Part shown: positions 30,420 through 41,605 of the stretch, in pieces | Position numbering within the stretch: position 1 is the stretch's first letter | Layout of the letters: each line of letters opens with the position of its first letter | The notes under the pieces: generated by a model | Database searches by the model: none | Seen by the model: only the letters and a program-made list of their open reading frames with translations | What the model was told of the DNA's origin: nothing | Source of the DNA: an uncultured Rikenellaceae bacterium | Lineage (GTDB): Bacteria; Bacteroidota; Bacteroidia; Bacteroidales; VadinHA17 | Direction of reading: 5' to 3' | Assembly: GCA_963770745.1 (NCBI GenBank) | Contig: CAVYRA010000017.1 | Location: 129,642-193,641 of the forward strand | DNA length: 64,000 nt | Made by a program: the position numbers and the translations under genes

Positions 30420-30437
30420 CGGGTGTCGGTTTAAAAA

Positions 30438-30803
30438 TTATAACACTTCAGGTGCAAGTGAGACTATCTTCATGTATTTGTCGCGCAGTTCCCTGGCGAC
30501 AGGGCCGAAGATACGTGTGCCACGAACCTCGTCTGTGTTGGTCAGCAGAACCACGGCGTTATCGTCAAAGCGGATATAGGAGCCGTCAGCACGGCGTATC
30601 TCCTTCTTCGTTCTGACCACCACGGCCTTGCTCACAGTGCCTTTCTTTGCTTCACCTGAGGGAAGGGCGCTTTTGACGGAGACAACTATCTTGTCGCCTA
30701 CGCTTGCATACCTCTTCTTGCTTCCGCCGAGCACCCTGATGCAAAGGACCTCCTTCGCACCTGTGTTATCGGCTACAGTCAACCTGCTTTCCTGCTGTAT
30801 CAT
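30438..30803 (-). CDS. rplN: 50S ribosomal protein L14
   Basis: 121 aa. [28 protein letters not shown]... Confidence 0.97.
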   Translation of the reverse strand: MIQQESRLTVADNTGAKEVLCIRVLGGSKKRYASVGDKIVVSVKSALPSGEAKKGTVSKAVVVRTKKEIRRADGSYIRFDDNAVVLLTNTDEVRGTRIFGPVARELRDKYMKIVSLAPEVL

Positions 30804-30805
30804 AA

Positions 30806-31063
30806 TTACTTAGCTCTTTCAATTATTTCCACCAATCTCCAGGCTTTGTTCTTGCTGAGAGGCCTGGTCTCCATTATGCGTACCGTATCACCGATGTTAC
30901 AGGTGTTTCCCTCATCATGAGCCATGAGCTTCTTCGTCTTGTTGACGAACTTGCCATAGATCGGGTGTTTTACCTTTCTGCGGATGGCAACGACTATAGA
31001 CTTGTCCATCTTGTTGCTGACGACAACACCTGTACGCTCTTTTCTAAGATTTCTTTCTTCCAT
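30806..31063 (-). CDS. rpsQ: 30S ribosomal protein S17
   Basis: 85 aa. ...[33 protein letters not shown]... Confidence 0.97.
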   Translation of the reverse strand: MEERNLRKERTGVVVSNKMDKSIVVAIRRKVKHPIYGKFVNKTKKLMAHDEGNTCNIGDTVRIMETRPLSKNKAWRLVEIIERAK

Positions 31064-31074
31064 GCTGATAGCGG

Positions 31075-31281
31075 CTATTTTGTTTTTTCATTCATCTCTC
31101 TCCTGCGCTTCTCTGTCATGAACCTGGCAATTGTCTTCCTGCTCTCCTTGATCTTCTGAGGGTTTTCAAGGGGGGAAATTGCGTGGTTGAGTTTCATGCG
31201 CACGAGACTGGTCTTCTCGTTGTCAATATGTTCGAGAAGCTCCTGGGTGCTTAATTCTCTTATCTCTGAACTTTTCATCAC
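31075..31281 (-). CDS. rpmC: 50S ribosomal protein L29
   Basis: 68 aa. [36 protein letters not shown]... Confidence 0.95.
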   Translation of the reverse strand: MMKSSEIRELSTQELLEHIDNEKTSLVRMKLNHAISPLENPQKIKESRKTIARFMTEKRRREMNEKTK

Positions 31282-31293
31282 TTTTATTCTTTA

Positions 31294-31713
31294 TTACTCT
31301 GCAAAATCACGGCGCACAATGAACTTGGTTGCCACAGGCAGTTTCTGCGCTGCAAGGCGGAGGGCCTCCTTGGCCACGTCAAAGGGCACGCCCTCTGCTT
31401 CAATGATGATCCGTCCGGGGGTTACCGGAACGACAAAGCCTTCAGGTGCACCTTTCCCTTTACCCATACGTACCTCTGCGGGTTTCTTTGTAATGGGTTT
31501 GTCAGGGAAGACGCGGATCCATATCTGGCCCTCACGTTTCATGTGACGGGTGACAGCCTGGCGCGCAGCCTCAAGCTGGCGGCCTGTTATCCATGCCTCC
31601 TCGAGGGTCTTGATGCCAAATGATCCGAATGCCAGCTGATTGCCTCTCTGGGCATTGCCTTTCATCCTGCCCTTCTGGCTCCTTCTGAACTTGGTCTTCT
31701 TCGGTTGTAACAT
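31294..31713 (-). CDS. rplP: 50S ribosomal protein L16
   Basis: 139 aa. [24 protein letters not shown]... Confidence 0.97.
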   Translation of the reverse strand: MLQPKKTKFRRSQKGRMKGNAQRGNQLAFGSFGIKTLEEAWITGRQLEAARQAVTRHMKREGQIWIRVFPDKPITKKPAEVRMGKGKGAPEGFVVPVTPGRIIIEAEGVPFDVAKEALRLAAQKLPVATKFIVRRDFAE

Positions 31714-31736
31714 CGCTATACTGTGTTAAATATTAT

Positions 31737-32471
31737 TTACCTGTCGCGGTTATCTTTCTTGTTTCCGCTTTTCTTTCTGAAACCGCCGGCCGGGGCCTTG
31801 CTTCCCTTGGCGCTTTTGGCGGCGATGTTGGGGCTCAGGTCACGCTTGCCGTACACTTCACCGTTGCAGATCCACACCTTGACACCTATCTTGCCCACTT
31901 TTGTGAGGGCTTCGGCGAGGGCGTAGTCGATATCGGCACGAAAAGTATGAAGCGGGATCCTGCCATCCTTGTAGGTCTCGTTACGGGCCATCTCGGCGCC
32001 GCCGAGCCTGCCTGAGATAACCACCTTGATGCCTTCGGCGCCCATGCGCATTGTTGAGGCAATGGCCATCTTTATGGCGCGGCGGTAAGATATCTTACCC
32101 TCCACCTGGCGTGCAACGTTGCTGGCAACAATGGCTGCATCAAGCTCCGGACGCTTCACCTCATAGATGTTTATCTGAACCTCCTTCTTGGTGATCTTCT
32201 TGAGCTCCTCCTTCAGTTTGTCTACCTCCTGGCCGCCTTTCCCGATGATGATGCCGGGGCGTGCCGTGTTGACGGTGACGGTGATGAGCTTGAGGGTGCG
32301 TTCGATGATAATCTTTGAAAGACTGGCCTTGGCAAGCCTGGCATTCAGGTATTCCCTGATCCTGGCGTCTTCAACGAGCTTGCTTGAGAAGTCGCTGCCA
32401 CCATACCAGTTTGAGTCCCATCCTTTGATGATCCCTACTCTGTTGCCTATCGGATTAACTTTTTGTCCCAT
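31737..32471 (-). CDS. rpsC: 30S ribosomal protein S3
   Basis: 244 aa. [23 protein letters not shown]..., with a KH domain and a basic tail. Confidence 0.97.
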   Translation of the reverse strand: MGQKVNPIGNRVGIIKGWDSNWYGGSDFSSKLVEDARIREYLNARLAKASLSKIIIERTLKLITVTVNTARPGIIIGKGGQEVDKLKEELKKITKKEVQINIYEVKRPELDAAIVASNVARQVEGKISYRRAIKMAIASTMRMGAEGIKVVISGRLGGAEMARNETYKDGRIPLHTFRADIDYALAEALTKVGKIGVKVWICNGEVYGKRDLSPNIAAKSAKGSKAPAGGFRKKSGNKKDNRDR

Positions 32472-32474
32472 TGT

Positions 32475-32894
32475 CTACTTTGAAATATTTTCAACTTCCT
32501 GTTTCCTGCTTCCCAGCTCAAGGGTTACATGGTTTGATCTCTTGCGTATGCGGTAAGCCCTTCCCTGTGGGGCAGGCTGGATCCGGCGCAGTATGCGGCC
32601 TCCGTCAACCTGTACCTCCTTGACGTAGAGGTTGCTCTCTTCAAGGCGCACGCCTTCATTCTTGGCCTGCCAGTTGGCAATGGCTGAGAGAAGTAGTTTC
32701 TCGACCCTGCGTGAAGCTTCCTGCTTGCTGAATTTCAGGATATCAAGAGCCTTGTTGACCTCCTGACCCCTGATCAGGGCTGTCACAAGCCTCATCTTGC
32801 GCGGTGAGGTAGGGACATTGCGAAGAACGGCCCCCGTTCTCTCTTTTGCGGCTTCCTTCCTGGCGCCGGCGCTTATTCTTTTTCTTGCACCCAT
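32475..32894 (-). CDS. rplV: 50S ribosomal protein L22
   Basis: 139 aa. ...[30 protein letters not shown]... Confidence 0.97.
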   Translation of the reverse strand: MGARKRISAGARKEAAKERTGAVLRNVPTSPRKMRLVTALIRGQEVNKALDILKFSKQEASRRVEKLLLSAIANWQAKNEGVRLEESNLYVKEVQVDGGRILRRIQPAPQGRAYRIRKRSNHVTLELGSRKQEVENISK

Positions 32895-32929
32895 TTCTGA
32901 TTCTTTTTCAGTTGTTACGATACATTACC

Positions 32930-33196
32930 CTATTTCTGTTTTCCACCATGACCGCGGAAGGTGCGGGTAGGGGCAAACTCACCCAGCTTATGACCAACCA
33001 TGTTCTCGGTAATGTAAACAGGTATGAACTTGTTTCCGTTATGCACTGCCAGAGTGTGTCCCACAAAGTCGGGAGAAATAACCGATCTTCTTGACCAGGT
33101 CTTGATCACAGTTTTCTTTCCGCTGTCATTCATTGTATCCACCTTTTTGCCCAGGTGGAGATCGATGAAGGGGCCTTTTTTAATAGATCTGCTCAT
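32930..33196 (-). CDS. rpsS: 30S ribosomal protein S19
   Basis: 88 aa. [15 protein letters not shown]...[35 protein letters not shown]... Confidence 0.97.
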   Translation of the reverse strand: MSRSIKKGPFIDLHLGKKVDTMNDSGKKTVIKTWSRRSVISPDFVGHTLAVHNGNKFIPVYITENMVGHKLGEFAPTRTFRGHGGKQK

Positions 33197-33204
33197 CGTA
33201 TCAA

Positions 33205-34029
33205 TTATTTTTTCCTTCTTTCAATAATATGCTTGTTCGAATACTTTGTACGGCTCCTTGTCTTGAAACCCTTGGCAGGCATGCCGCTGCGTGAGCGGGG
33301 ATGGCCTCCCGAGGCTCTTCCTTCACCTCCGCCCATGGGGTGATCAACCGGGTTCATCGCAACACCCCTGGTCCTTGGCCTGCGGCCGAGCCAGCGCTTG
33401 CGTCCCGCCTTGCCTGATCTCTCCTGGTTGTGGTCGGAGTTTGAAACGGTACCTATGGAGGCGCGGCATGTGGTAAGCACCATCCTTGTCTCACCCGAGG
33501 GGAGCTTGATGATGGCGTACTTGCCGTCGCGGGCAGCCAGCTGCGCAAATGTCCCTGCACTGCGGGCCATTGCTGCGCCCTTGCCGGGCTTGAGCTCAAT
33601 GGCGTGGATAATCGTTCCCAGTGGTATGTCTTCAAGGAAGAGGGTGTTGCCAATCTCCGGCGACGCCGTCTTGCCTGACATTACCTCCTGCCCAGCCTTC
33701 AGTCCTGTGGGAGCAATGATATACCTCTTCTCCCCGTCTGCATAGGTGAGAAGTGCTATCCGTGCAGAACGATTGGGATCATATTCCACGGAGGTCACGG
33801 TGGCTGCAACGCCGTCCTTGTTCCTCTGGAAATCGATCACACGGTACATCCTCTTGTGGCCGCCGCCGATATACCTCATGGTCCGCCTGCCGTCAACGTT
33901 CCTTCCTCCTGTCTTTTTCAGCGGCGCGAGCAAGGATTTCTCCGGCGTGCCACGGGTCACCTCTTCAAAGGAACTCGCGACCTTATGTCTCTGGCCTGGT
34001 GTAACAGGCTTGATCTTTCTGACTGCCAT
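33205..34029 (-). CDS. rplB: 50S ribosomal protein L2
   Basis: 274 aa. [17 protein letters not shown]...[17 protein letters not shown]... Confidence 0.97.
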   Translation of the reverse strand: MAVRKIKPVTPGQRHKVASSFEEVTRGTPEKSLLAPLKKTGGRNVDGRRTMRYIGGGHKRMYRVIDFQRNKDGVAATVTSVEYDPNRSARIALLTYADGEKRYIIAPTGLKAGQEVMSGKTASPEIGNTLFLEDIPLGTIIHAIELKPGKGAAMARSAGTFAQLAARDGKYAIIKLPSGETRMVLTTCRASIGTVSNSDHNQERSGKAGRKRWLGRRPRTRGVAMNPVDHPMGGGEGRASGGHPRSRSGMPAKGFKTRSRTKYSNKHIIERRKK

Positions 34030-34035
34030 ATTATA

Positions 34036-34326
34036 TTAAATGTTGCTGTAAAAATCAATTGTCTCCCCTTTTGAGAGAGTCACAATAGCCTTTTTGGTGG
34101 CTGATGTACGACCCTTCATCATACCCGACTTGGTGTATCTGCTTTTGGTCTTGCCGCCGTAGTTGATGGTGTTAACAGCTTCAACATTAACGCCGTATAG
34201 CTCCTCAACCGCCTTTTTTATCTCCAGCTTGTTGGCCTTGCGCGACACCAGAAAACCATACCGGTTGAATTTCTCGCCCTGGCTGGTCATTTTCTCTGTC
34301 ACTATGGGTTTAACTAATATTTCCAT
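34036..34326 (-). CDS. rplW: 50S ribosomal protein L23
   Basis: 96 aa. MEILVKPIVTEKMTSQGEKFNRYGFLVSRKANKLEIKKAVE... Confidence 0.96.
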   Translation of the reverse strand: MEILVKPIVTEKMTSQGEKFNRYGFLVSRKANKLEIKKAVEELYGVNVEAVNTINYGGKTKSRYTKSGMMKGRTSATKKAIVTLSKGETIDFYSNI

Positions 34327-34340
34327 CTCAGTTCCTGGTT

Positions 34341-34964
34341 TTAAAATGTTGACTGCAAAACATCAACTGCGCTCTCTGTAAGCACCAGAGTTGAAGCTTT
34401 CATAATGTTGTAAGTATTTAAATCACTGATAGTTACAACTTCAACTCCCTGCAAATTTCGAGATGACAAATATATGTTTTTATTTTGTTCCGATAAAACA
34501 AACAGCGATTTTTTATTCATGATGTTGAGGTTTGAGCTCATCCCGGCCATTGTTGATGTTTTGGGAGCCTCGAATAAAAAATCCTCAAGAACGATGATTT
34601 TGTTCTCTTTTGCCTTATAGGAGAGGGCTGACTTTCTGGCCAGCTGTTTCACCTTCTTATTGAGTTTGAACCCGTAGAACCTGGGTCTGGGGCCGAAGAT
34701 ACGGCCGCCGCCGCGGAACTCGGGGTTCTTGATGCTGCCGAAACGGGCTGTTCCGGTGCCTTTCTGTCTCTTGAGCTTGCGTGTGCTTCCCACGATCTCG
34801 GCGCGTTCCTTTGCTTTGTGCGTACCCTGTCTCTGGCTGGCCAGATACTGTTTGGTATCAAGGTAGATAGCGTGATCATTGGGTTCAATGCCGAAGATGG
34901 TCTCATTGAGATTGACCTTTCTTCCGGTCTCTTTGCCTTCTATGTTAAATACTGCTACTTCCAT
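34341..34964 (-). CDS. rplD: 50S ribosomal protein L4
   Basis: 207 aa. ...[30 protein letters not shown]... Confidence 0.97.
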   Translation of the reverse strand: MEVAVFNIEGKETGRKVNLNETIFGIEPNDHAIYLDTKQYLASQRQGTHKAKERAEIVGSTRKLKRQKGTGTARFGSIKNPEFRGGGRIFGPRPRFYGFKLNKKVKQLARKSALSYKAKENKIIVLEDFLFEAPKTSTMAGMSSNLNIMNKKSLFVLSEQNKNIYLSSRNLQGVEVVTISDLNTYNIMKASTLVLTESAVDVLQSTF

Positions 34965-35581
34965 TACTTTGTTATTATTACGTAACCACCTTTGGGGCCT
35001 GGTACGGCACCTTTAACGAGGAGCAGGTTTGATTCGGGGAGTATCTTAACGACTCTCAGTTCTGTCTCCTGCATTTTTCCGCCGGTGCGTCCTGCCATGC
35101 GCATCCCGGGCATGACCCTTGAAGGCCATGATGAGGCGCCCACTGAACCCGGAGCCCTGAGCCTGTCATGCTGGCCGTGGGTTGTACCGCCTACACCACT
35201 GAACCCGTGGCGCTTGACAACGCCCTGAAAGCCCTTGCCCTTGGTCCAGCCTCTTACATCAAGGTATGTATCATTATTGAAGAGATCGACGGTGATGACA
35301 TCGCCTCTCTTGTATTTGCCGTCCTCAAATCCTGAGAACTCGGCCATCTTTCTCTTGGGGCCGGTACCGGCCAGCTTGAAATGTCCCATCTCAGCCTTGT
35401 TGCTCGACTTTTCCCTTTTATCACCAAAGCTCAGCTGAAGTGCTGCATAACCGTCAGTATCCACAGTCTTGACCTGTGACACGACACACGGTCCCACTTC
35501 CAGCACTGTGCATGGAATGTTCTTTCCGTTCTCATCGAAGACAGAGGTCATTCCAACCTTTTTTCCTATTAATCCCTGCAT
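34964..35581 (-). CDS. rplC: 50S ribosomal protein L3
   Basis: 205 aa. [28 protein letters not shown]... Confidence 0.97.
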   Translation of the reverse strand: MQGLIGKKVGMTSVFDENGKNIPCTVLEVGPCVVSQVKTVDTDGYAALQLSFGDKREKSSNKAEMGHFKLAGTGPKRKMAEFSGFEDGKYKRGDVITVDLFNNDTYLDVRGWTKGKGFQGVVKRHGFSGVGGTTHGQHDRLRAPGSVGASSWPSRVMPGMRMAGRTGGKMQETELRVVKILPESNLLLVKGAVPGPKGGYVIITK

Positions 35582-35601
35582 AATTCAGTATTTTACCGGT
35601 T

Positions 35602-35907
35602 TCACACTTTTATTTCCACTTCAACCCCGCTGGGTAGTTCCAGCTTCATCAGAGCATCGATGGTTTTGGGTGTTGAGCTGTATATGTCAAGCAGGCGCTT
35701 GTACGATGACAGTTCGAACTGCTCTCTTGATTTCTTGTTCACGAACGGTGAACGGAGCACCGTATAAATTCTCTTGTGGGTGGGCAGCGGTATCGGGCCG
35801 CTGACTACTGCACCCGTCGATTTGACTGTCTTGACAATCTTTTCAGCCGACTTGTCGACCAGGTTATGATCGTAAGACTTCAGTTTGATGCGGATTTTCT
35901 GACTCAT
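35602..35907 (-). CDS. rpsJ: 30S ribosomal protein S10
   Basis: 101 aa. [29 protein letters not shown]... Confidence 0.97.
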   Translation of the reverse strand: MSQKIRIKLKSYDHNLVDKSAEKIVKTVKSTGAVVSGPIPLPTHKRIYTVLRSPFVNKKSREQFELSSYKRLLDIYSSTPKTIDALMKLELPSGVEVEIKV

Positions 35908-35912
35908 CTTTT

Positions 35913-38036
35913 TTAAAGAATTTTTCCTGTTGTTACTTCAATAATTTTCTTCGCCAATTCTGCAGGCACCTCTTCAAAATGTGAGAACTCCATTGTGGAT
36001 GTTGCTCTCCCGGAGGTAAGGGTACGCAGTACTGTAACGTATCCGAAGTTTTCTGCCAGAGGTACTTTTGCTTTAATTACCCTTGCACCTGCTTTCGATT
36101 CCATACCTTCCACCTTGCCTCTTCGCTTGTTGAAGTCGCCCACGACGTCGCCCACGTATTCTTCGGGGGTAACGACTTCGGCGGTCATAACAGGTTCGAG
36201 GAGCACCGGGCGGCATTTGCCTGCCGCGTGGCGGAAGGCTTGCCTGGCTGCTATCTCGAACGATAGCGAGTCTGAGTCAACGGGATGGTACGAACCGTCT
36301 TTGAGAATAACCTTGAGGCTGTCAAGGGGGAAGCCGGCCAGAGGGCCGTTCTGCATGGCCTCGCGGAATCCCTTCTCCACTGAAGGTATGTATTCCCTGG
36401 GCACATTGCCTCCTCTCACCTCATTCACAAAGGTCAGCCCCGGAACATCGTCATCGGCAGGCATGATCTCGACGGATATATCCGCGAATTTGCCCCTGCC
36501 TCCGGTCTGTTTTTTAAAGAGCTCCCTGTGTGAGTAAGATGCAGTGATAGCCTCCTTGTATGCAACCTGGGGTCTGCCCTGGTTACATTCAACATTGAAT
36601 TCTCTCTTAAGACGGTCAATAAGAATTTCTAGGTGAAGTTCTCCCATGCCGCTTATCACAGTCTGTCCGCTGTCAGGGTCAGTTTTAACCCTGAATGTCG
36701 GATCCTCTTCGGCAAGTTTGCCGAGGGCATTGCCCAGCCTGTCGATGTCAGCCTGCGTCTTCGGTTCAATGGCAATCCATATTACCGGTTCCGGGAACTC
36801 CATCGACTCAAGCACAACTGGCTTGTTGATGGCACAGAGAGTATCACCTGTCTTAAGGTCCTTGAACCCCACCCCGGCGCATATATCTCCTGCGTAGACT
36901 GTTGGAATGGGATTCTGTTTGTTTGCATGCATCTGGAAGAGGCGGTTGATCCTCTCCCTCTTGCCGCTTCGCACGTTCAGCACGGTGTCGCCGGCATTGA
37001 GGGTGCCTGAATAGACCCTCATGAAGACGAGCCGTCCTACATACGGATCGGTAGCTATTTTGAAGGCCAGGGCTGCAAACGGCTCATTGGCTTCAGGTTT
37101 GCGTTCAACCTCTTTTTCGTCGCGCGGGTCTTTGCCTTTGACGGCCCCCACATCAACGGGCGAAGGCAGGTATGCCACCACGCCGTTAAGGAGTCTCTGA
37201 ACACCTTTATTCTTGAAGGCCGCACCGCAGAAGACAGGTACTATCACCCCCTCTACCGTTTCACGGCGCAGTACTGTCATCAGTTCTTCAGGCTTCAGGC
37301 TTTCATGATCTTCGAGGTAACGCTCAAGGATAGTGTCATCCATCCCGGCGCATGCCTCAACGAGCTTCAACCTCCATTCGTCAGCCTCTTCCGTCATATC
37401 ATCCGGTATGGGCTGAACTGTGAAATTGGTCAGGGGATCCTCTCCGTCCTCGAAGATGATTGCCTTCATCTCAAGGAGGTCGATGAGCCCGATAAATTTA
37501 TCCTCAGCACCGATAGGAATCTGAACGGGTACCGGGTGTGCTCCCAGCTTGTCAATCATCTGCTGGACAACGCCATGGAAGTCGGCGCCTGAACGGTCCA
37601 TCTTGTTGATGAAAGCGATGCGCGGTACATTGTATTTGTCAGCCTGTCTCCAGACGGTCTCCGACTGCGGCTCTACGCCACCGACGGCACAGAATACGGC
37701 TACAGCTCCGTCAAGCACCCTGAGTGACCTCTCCACCTCCATGGTGAAGTCGACGTGACCCGGGGTGTCAATGAGATTTATCTTGTAGAGCTGGTCGTTG
37801 TATTTCCAGAAAGTAGTGGTAGCTGCAGATGTGATGGTGATCCCTCTCTCCTGTTCCTGTACCATCCAGTCCATAGTGGCATTGCCGTCATCGACCTCGC
37901 CGATGCGGTGTACACGGCCCGTGTAATAAAGGATGCGCTCGGAAGTGGTTGTCTTCCCGGCATCAATATGGGCCATAATGCCAATATTCCTGGTATTTCT
38001 GAGATCAGTGATCATCTGTAGCTGGTTGTTTGCCAC
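35913..38036 (-). CDS. fusA: Translation elongation factor G (canonical)
   Basis: 707 aa with intact GTPase motifs [17 protein letters not shown] and NKMD. It is located between rpsG and rpsJ. Confidence 0.97.
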   Translation of the reverse strand: MANNQLQMITDLRNTRNIGIMAHIDAGKTTTSERILYYTGRVHRIGEVDDGNATMDWMVQEQERGITITSAATTTFWKYNDQLYKINLIDTPGHVDFTMEVERSLRVLDGAVAVFCAVGGVEPQSETVWRQADKYNVPRIAFINKMDRSGADFHGVVQQMIDKLGAHPVPVQIPIGAEDKFIGLIDLLEMKAIIFEDGEDPLTNFTVQPIPDDMTEEADEWRLKLVEACAGMDDTILERYLEDHESLKPEELMTVLRRETVEGVIVPVFCGAAFKNKGVQRLLNGVVAYLPSPVDVGAVKGKDPRDEKEVERKPEANEPFAALAFKIATDPYVGRLVFMRVYSGTLNAGDTVLNVRSGKRERINRLFQMHANKQNPIPTVYAGDICAGVGFKDLKTGDTLCAINKPVVLESMEFPEPVIWIAIEPKTQADIDRLGNALGKLAEEDPTFRVKTDPDSGQTVISGMGELHLEILIDRLKREFNVECNQGRPQVAYKEAITASYSHRELFKKQTGGRGKFADISVEIMPADDDVPGLTFVNEVRGGNVPREYIPSVEKGFREAMQNGPLAGFPLDSLKVILKDGSYHPVDSDSLSFEIAARQAFRHAAGKCRPVLLEPVMTAEVVTPEEYVGDVVGDFNKRRGKVEGMESKAGARVIKAKVPLAENFGYVTVLRTLTSGRATSTMEFSHFEEVPAELAKKIIEVTTGKIL

Positions 38037-38048
38037 GTCTCTGTCAGA

Positions 38049-38525
38049 CTAGAACCTGAAGTGGGCGAAGGCTTTGTTGGCTTCGGCCATTCGGTGTGTA
38101 TCCTCTTTCCTTTTATATGCTCCGCCCTCATTGTTGTAGGCAGCCATCACCTCTGCGGCAAGTTTCTCTGCCATGGAGTGGCCGGTGCGTTTGCGGGCGA
38201 AGAGTATAAGGTTTTTCATGCTTATGCTCACCTTGCGGTCGGGCCTGATCTCGAGGGGTACCTGGAAGGTGGCGCCACCTACCCTGCGGCTTTTGACCTC
38301 AACATGCGGGGTGATGTTGTCAAGAGCCTGCTTCCATATATCAAGCGGTGGCTTCTCAGCGGTCTTCATCTTGTCACCCACTATCTCAAGTGAGTCGTAG
38401 AAAATCCTGAAGGCAACGGTCTTTTTACCATCATACATCAGGTTGTTGATGAAACGGGTAACGTACGGATCGTTGAATTTCGGGTCCGGTAAGAGGATCC
38501 TCTTCTTTGGTTTTGACTTTCTCAT
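38049..38525 (-). CDS. rpsG: 30S ribosomal protein S7
   Basis: 158 aa. [35 protein letters not shown]... Confidence 0.97.
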   Translation of the reverse strand: MRKSKPKKRILLPDPKFNDPYVTRFINNLMYDGKKTVAFRIFYDSLEIVGDKMKTAEKPPLDIWKQALDNITPHVEVKSRRVGGATFQVPLEIRPDRKVSISMKNLILFARKRTGHSMAEKLAAEVMAAYNNEGGAYKRKEDTHRMAEANKAFAHFRF

Positions 38526-38544
38526 ATTGTGAATCCTTTAACTG

Positions 38545-38919
38545 TTACTTCTTTGGTCTTTTTGCGCCGTATTTTGACCTTCTCTGCTTGCGGCCATCCA
38601 CACCCGAGGTGTCAAGTGCGCCACGGACGAGGTGATAGCGGACTCCCGGAAGGTCTTTGACCCTGCCACCCCTGATGAGCACTATAGAGTGCTCCTGGAG
38701 GTTATGTCCTTCACCCGGTATGTAGGCATTGACCTCCTTCTGGTTGGTCAGCCTTACCCTGGCAACTTTTCTCATGGCGGAGTTAGGTTTCTTTGGCGTG
38801 GTAGTATATACACGGACACATACTCCCCTGCGCTGCGGGCATGAGTCAAGAGCGGGTGCCTTGCTCTTGTCCACCAGCTTCTTGCGGCCTTTTCTAACTA
38901 ACTGCTGAATTGTTGGCAT
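38545..38919 (-). CDS. rpsL: 30S ribosomal protein S12
   Basis: 124 aa. [55 protein letters not shown]... Confidence 0.97.
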   Translation of the reverse strand: MPTIQQLVRKGRKKLVDKSKAPALDSCPQRRGVCVRVYTTTPKKPNSAMRKVARVRLTNQKEVNAYIPGEGHNLQEHSIVLIRGGRVKDLPGVRYHLVRGALDTSGVDGRKQRRSKYGAKRPKK

Positions 38920-39264
38920 AATTCTCTTTTAAATTAATTTTCCTTGTTTTATACTGGTCTGCAAAAATTTTCCTTCACTCTCACCCGACGCTGCGCGCCA
39001 TGGCTCGTCATTATACATATGCACCCCCGTCATTGCAGCTGCAACAAGCAGCCACAGTGCCCGCGGGCAAAGTTTTCTGGAGATGTAACTTATTGGTTTG
39101 TAAGTTATTTACAGGATTTTCTTCCCGACCCTTCCTGTCGACTTCTTTTGTAAACTTACGTTTTGAAGGACGGACCGGTACTCCTGTTTCTCAAAAAACC
39201 GGTGCAAAGAAAAGAAATATTTTTCAATCCACCACAACTTTTATGTACTCTTTTGAAAATTTGC

Positions 39265-39272
39265 TATTTTTG
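39265..39272 (+). promoter_or_regulatory. Candidate -7 box (TATTTTTG) for the EF-G paralogue
   Basis: Matches TAnnTTTG and lies 46 nt upstream of the ATG at 39318. No well-spaced -33 TTTG was found. Confidence 0.3.
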
Positions 39273-39317
39273 CGCTCCCAACGAGATGACATACATTATA
39301 ATAAATACTAGCCGAAG

Positions 39318-41474
39318 ATGAAGACATACTCAACAGACAACCTAAGGAACATCGCGCTGCTGGGGAACTCAAGCTCTGGAAAGACCACCCTCGCGGAAGC
39401 AATGCTTTTCAACGGCGGGGTCATTGAGAGACGGGGTACCATAGAAGCAAGGAACACCGTCTCTGACTACAAGCCGATAGAGCAGGAGAACCGCAACTCG
39501 ATCTATTCCGCGGTCCTCTACACGGAATTCAAGGACAAAAAGATAAATATTCTTGACGCTCCCGGACTCGATGACTTCTCCGGTGGAGTGGTCTCATCAA
39601 TGTATGCTGCCGACACCGTGATGCTGGTCATCAATGTACAGAACGGCGTGGAGGTTGGAACGGAGATACAGTTCAGGCACGCCGACAAATTCCATAAGCC
39701 CCTCATTATTGTGGTGAACGGGCTTGATCATGAGAAGGCCAACTTTGAAAAAGCTGTCGAGATGCTTCACGAGCGTTTCGGAAGCAACGTGACCCTGGCC
39801 CAGTTCCCCGTGAACGAGGGCACAGGCTTCAATACCATTATTGACGTCATCAGCATGAAGATGCTTCGTTACGCCAAGGATGGCGGCAAGGCCGAAGTGC
39901 TTGACATACCGGCAGAGCATGACGACAGGGCACAGGAGCTGCACGCAGCGCTTACCGAGAAGGTGGCTGAGAGCGATGAAGCCCTCATGGAGCTCTTCTT
40001 CGCCAATGACAATCTCACCGAGGAAGAGATAGGCCGCGGTCTTCGTGCAGGACTTCTGAAAAGAGGTATATTCCCGGTCTTCTGTGTATCGTCAAAGGGC
40101 AACATTGGCGTCGACAGGCTGCTCGATTTCGTGGCTGTTTCCGCCCCCTCCCCTGCCGACATGCCTTCACCAAAGAACTCCAGGGGCAACGAGGTCAAAT
40201 GCAATCCTGCAGGACCTGCTTCTGTCTTCATCTTCAAGACAACCCTCGAGGAGCATATAGGTGAGATAAACTACTTCAGGGTGATGTCAGGCAAGATAGG
40301 TGAGAACCTTGATGTCATCAACACCAGCAACGGCACGAAGGAGCGTCTCTCGCAGATCTTCGTCTGTGCCGGCAAGAACCGTACGCGCGTACCAGAGATC
40401 CATGCAGGTGACATCGGCGGCTTTGTGAAGCTGAAGAACACCAAGACAAACCATACTCTCAATGCTCCGGGCAACGACTGGACATTTGAGAACATGAAGT
40501 TCCCCGCACCCAAGTACCGTGCTGCCATCAAACCTCTCAGCGAAAGTGACGAGGAGAAGATGGGCGAGGCCCTCAACCGCATGCACCAGGAAGACCCGAC
40601 GATAATTGTCGAGTACTCAAAGGAGCTGAAGCAGATCATCATACACGGGCAGGGTGAATACCACCTCAATATACTCAAGTGGCATCTCGACAATCTCTTC
40701 AAGATTGAGACACAGTATCTTACACCGAAGATCCCCTACCGCGAGACCATCACCAAGTCAGCGCAGGCCGACTACCGGCATAAGAAGCAGTCGGGCGGCG
40801 CAGGTCAGTTCGGCGAGGTGCATATGGTCATCGAGCCGTATGAAGAGGGTTCAGAGGCCAAGTCGATGATGAAGATCGCAGGCAAGGAGATCAAGATGGC
40901 CAACCGCGACAAGGAGGAGATTGAGCTCCCGTGGGGTGGCAAGCTCGTTTACATGAACTGTATTGTGGGCGGCTCCATTGATGCACGTTTCATGCCGGCA
41001 ATCCTCAAGGGTATCATGGAAAAGATGGAGGTAGGTCCTCTCACAGGCTCCTATGCACGTGATATCAGGGTCTATGTCTATGATGGCAAGATGCACCCGG
41101 TTGACTCCAATGAAATCTCATTCCGCCTGGCAGGACGTAACGCCTTCAGCACGGCCTTCAAGAACGCCGGTCCGAAGATTCTCGAGCCGGTCTATGAGGT
41201 TGAGATCATGGTTCCCGCCGACCGTATGGGCGATGTCATCAGCGACCTGCAGGGGCGCCGCGGCATGGTTCTCGGTATGGCAAGCGAGAAGGGCTTCGAG
41301 GTGATCAAGGCGAGGGTTCCCCTGGCGGAGATGAACAAGTACTCGACAGCTCTCAGTTCGCTCACCGGCGGCCGTGCCATGTACACAATGAGGTTCTCCG
41401 AATACTCGCAGGTTCCCGGTGACGTCCAGGATGCCGTCATCAAGGCCTACGCCGGAGAAGAGGAAGAGGAATAG
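39318..41474 (+). CDS. EF-G paralogue (EF-G2-like) with degenerate GTPase motifs
   Basis: 718 aa with five-domain EF-G architecture. The P-loop is GNSSSGKT, G3 is DAPGLDDF (Leu84 at 39567-39569 replaces the catalytic His), and G4 is NGLD (39717-39728) instead of NKxD. Confidence 0.85.
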   Translation: MKTYSTDNLRNIALLGNSSSGKTTLAEAMLFNGGVIERRGTIEARNTVSDYKPIEQENRNSIYSAVLYTEFKDKKINILDAPGLDDFSGGVVSSMYAADTVMLVINVQNGVEVGTEIQFRHADKFHKPLIIVVNGLDHEKANFEKAVEMLHERFGSNVTLAQFPVNEGTGFNTIIDVISMKMLRYAKDGGKAEVLDIPAEHDDRAQELHAALTEKVAESDEALMELFFANDNLTEEEIGRGLRAGLLKRGIFPVFCVSSKGNIGVDRLLDFVAVSAPSPADMPSPKNSRGNEVKCNPAGPASVFIFKTTLEEHIGEINYFRVMSGKIGENLDVINTSNGTKERLSQIFVCAGKNRTRVPEIHAGDIGGFVKLKNTKTNHTLNAPGNDWTFENMKFPAPKYRAAIKPLSESDEEKMGEALNRMHQEDPTIIVEYSKELKQIIIHGQGEYHLNILKWHLDNLFKIETQYLTPKIPYRETITKSAQADYRHKKQSGGAGQFGEVHMVIEPYEEGSEAKSMMKIAGKEIKMANRDKEEIELPWGGKLVYMNCIVGGSIDARFMPAILKGIMEKMEVGPLTGSYARDIRVYVYDGKMHPVDSNEISFRLAGRNAFSTAFKNAGPKILEPVYEVEIMVPADRMGDVISDLQGRRGMVLGMASEKGFEVIKARVPLAEMNKYSTALSSLTGGRAMYTMRFSEYSQVPGDVQDAVIKAYAGEEEEE

Positions 41475-41535
41475 ACTCAGATCCCAAAACGATACGTTTT
41501 TAATCGCAGAGGCTGCCCCGGAAGGCAGCCTCTGC
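41461..41535 (+). repeat. 75-bp direct repeat, copy 1 (fusA2-like 3' end plus terminator)
   Basis: aggaagaggaatagactcagatcccaaaacgatacgtttttaatcgcagaggctgccccggaaggcagcctctgc. By hand alignment it is 71/75 identical to 50047-50121. Confidence 0.9.
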
Positions 41536-41541
41536 TTGTTT
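41506..41541 (+). terminator. Rho-independent terminator of the EF-G paralogue
   Basis: 12-bp GC-rich stem gcagaggctgcc/ggcagcctctgc with loop ccggaa, followed by ttgttt. Confidence 0.75.
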
Positions 41542-41605
41542 ATGTCAATGAACCGCACACTCTGCGGATGGGTGTAAAGCAATTTGACAGTTATGATTCC
41601 GGCGA

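Noticed and set aside
21744-38919. Dozens of 60-180-aa plus-strand ORFs across the ribosomal cluster (for example 25737-26315 and 35995-36537)
   Set aside because: All lie antisense to strongly supported, conserved genes. They have biased Ser/Arg/Leu-rich compositions typical of shadow ORFs in GC-rich coding DNA.
39000-39311. 103-aa plus-strand ORF in the rpsL / EF-G-paralogue intergenic region
   Set aside because: Its composition is odd and no motif is recognisable. It spans palindromes and the candidate promoter of the downstream gene, and it ends 7 nt before the real start. It is most likely a chance ORF in a regulatory region.
41118-41582. Minus-strand ORF sharing the peptide ...AASAIKNVSFWD... 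with ORF 49932-50204, which looks like a small gene family
   Set aside because: The shared peptide is simply the antisense translation of the duplicated 75-bp repeat and terminator. The first ORF is otherwise antisense to the EF-G paralogue.
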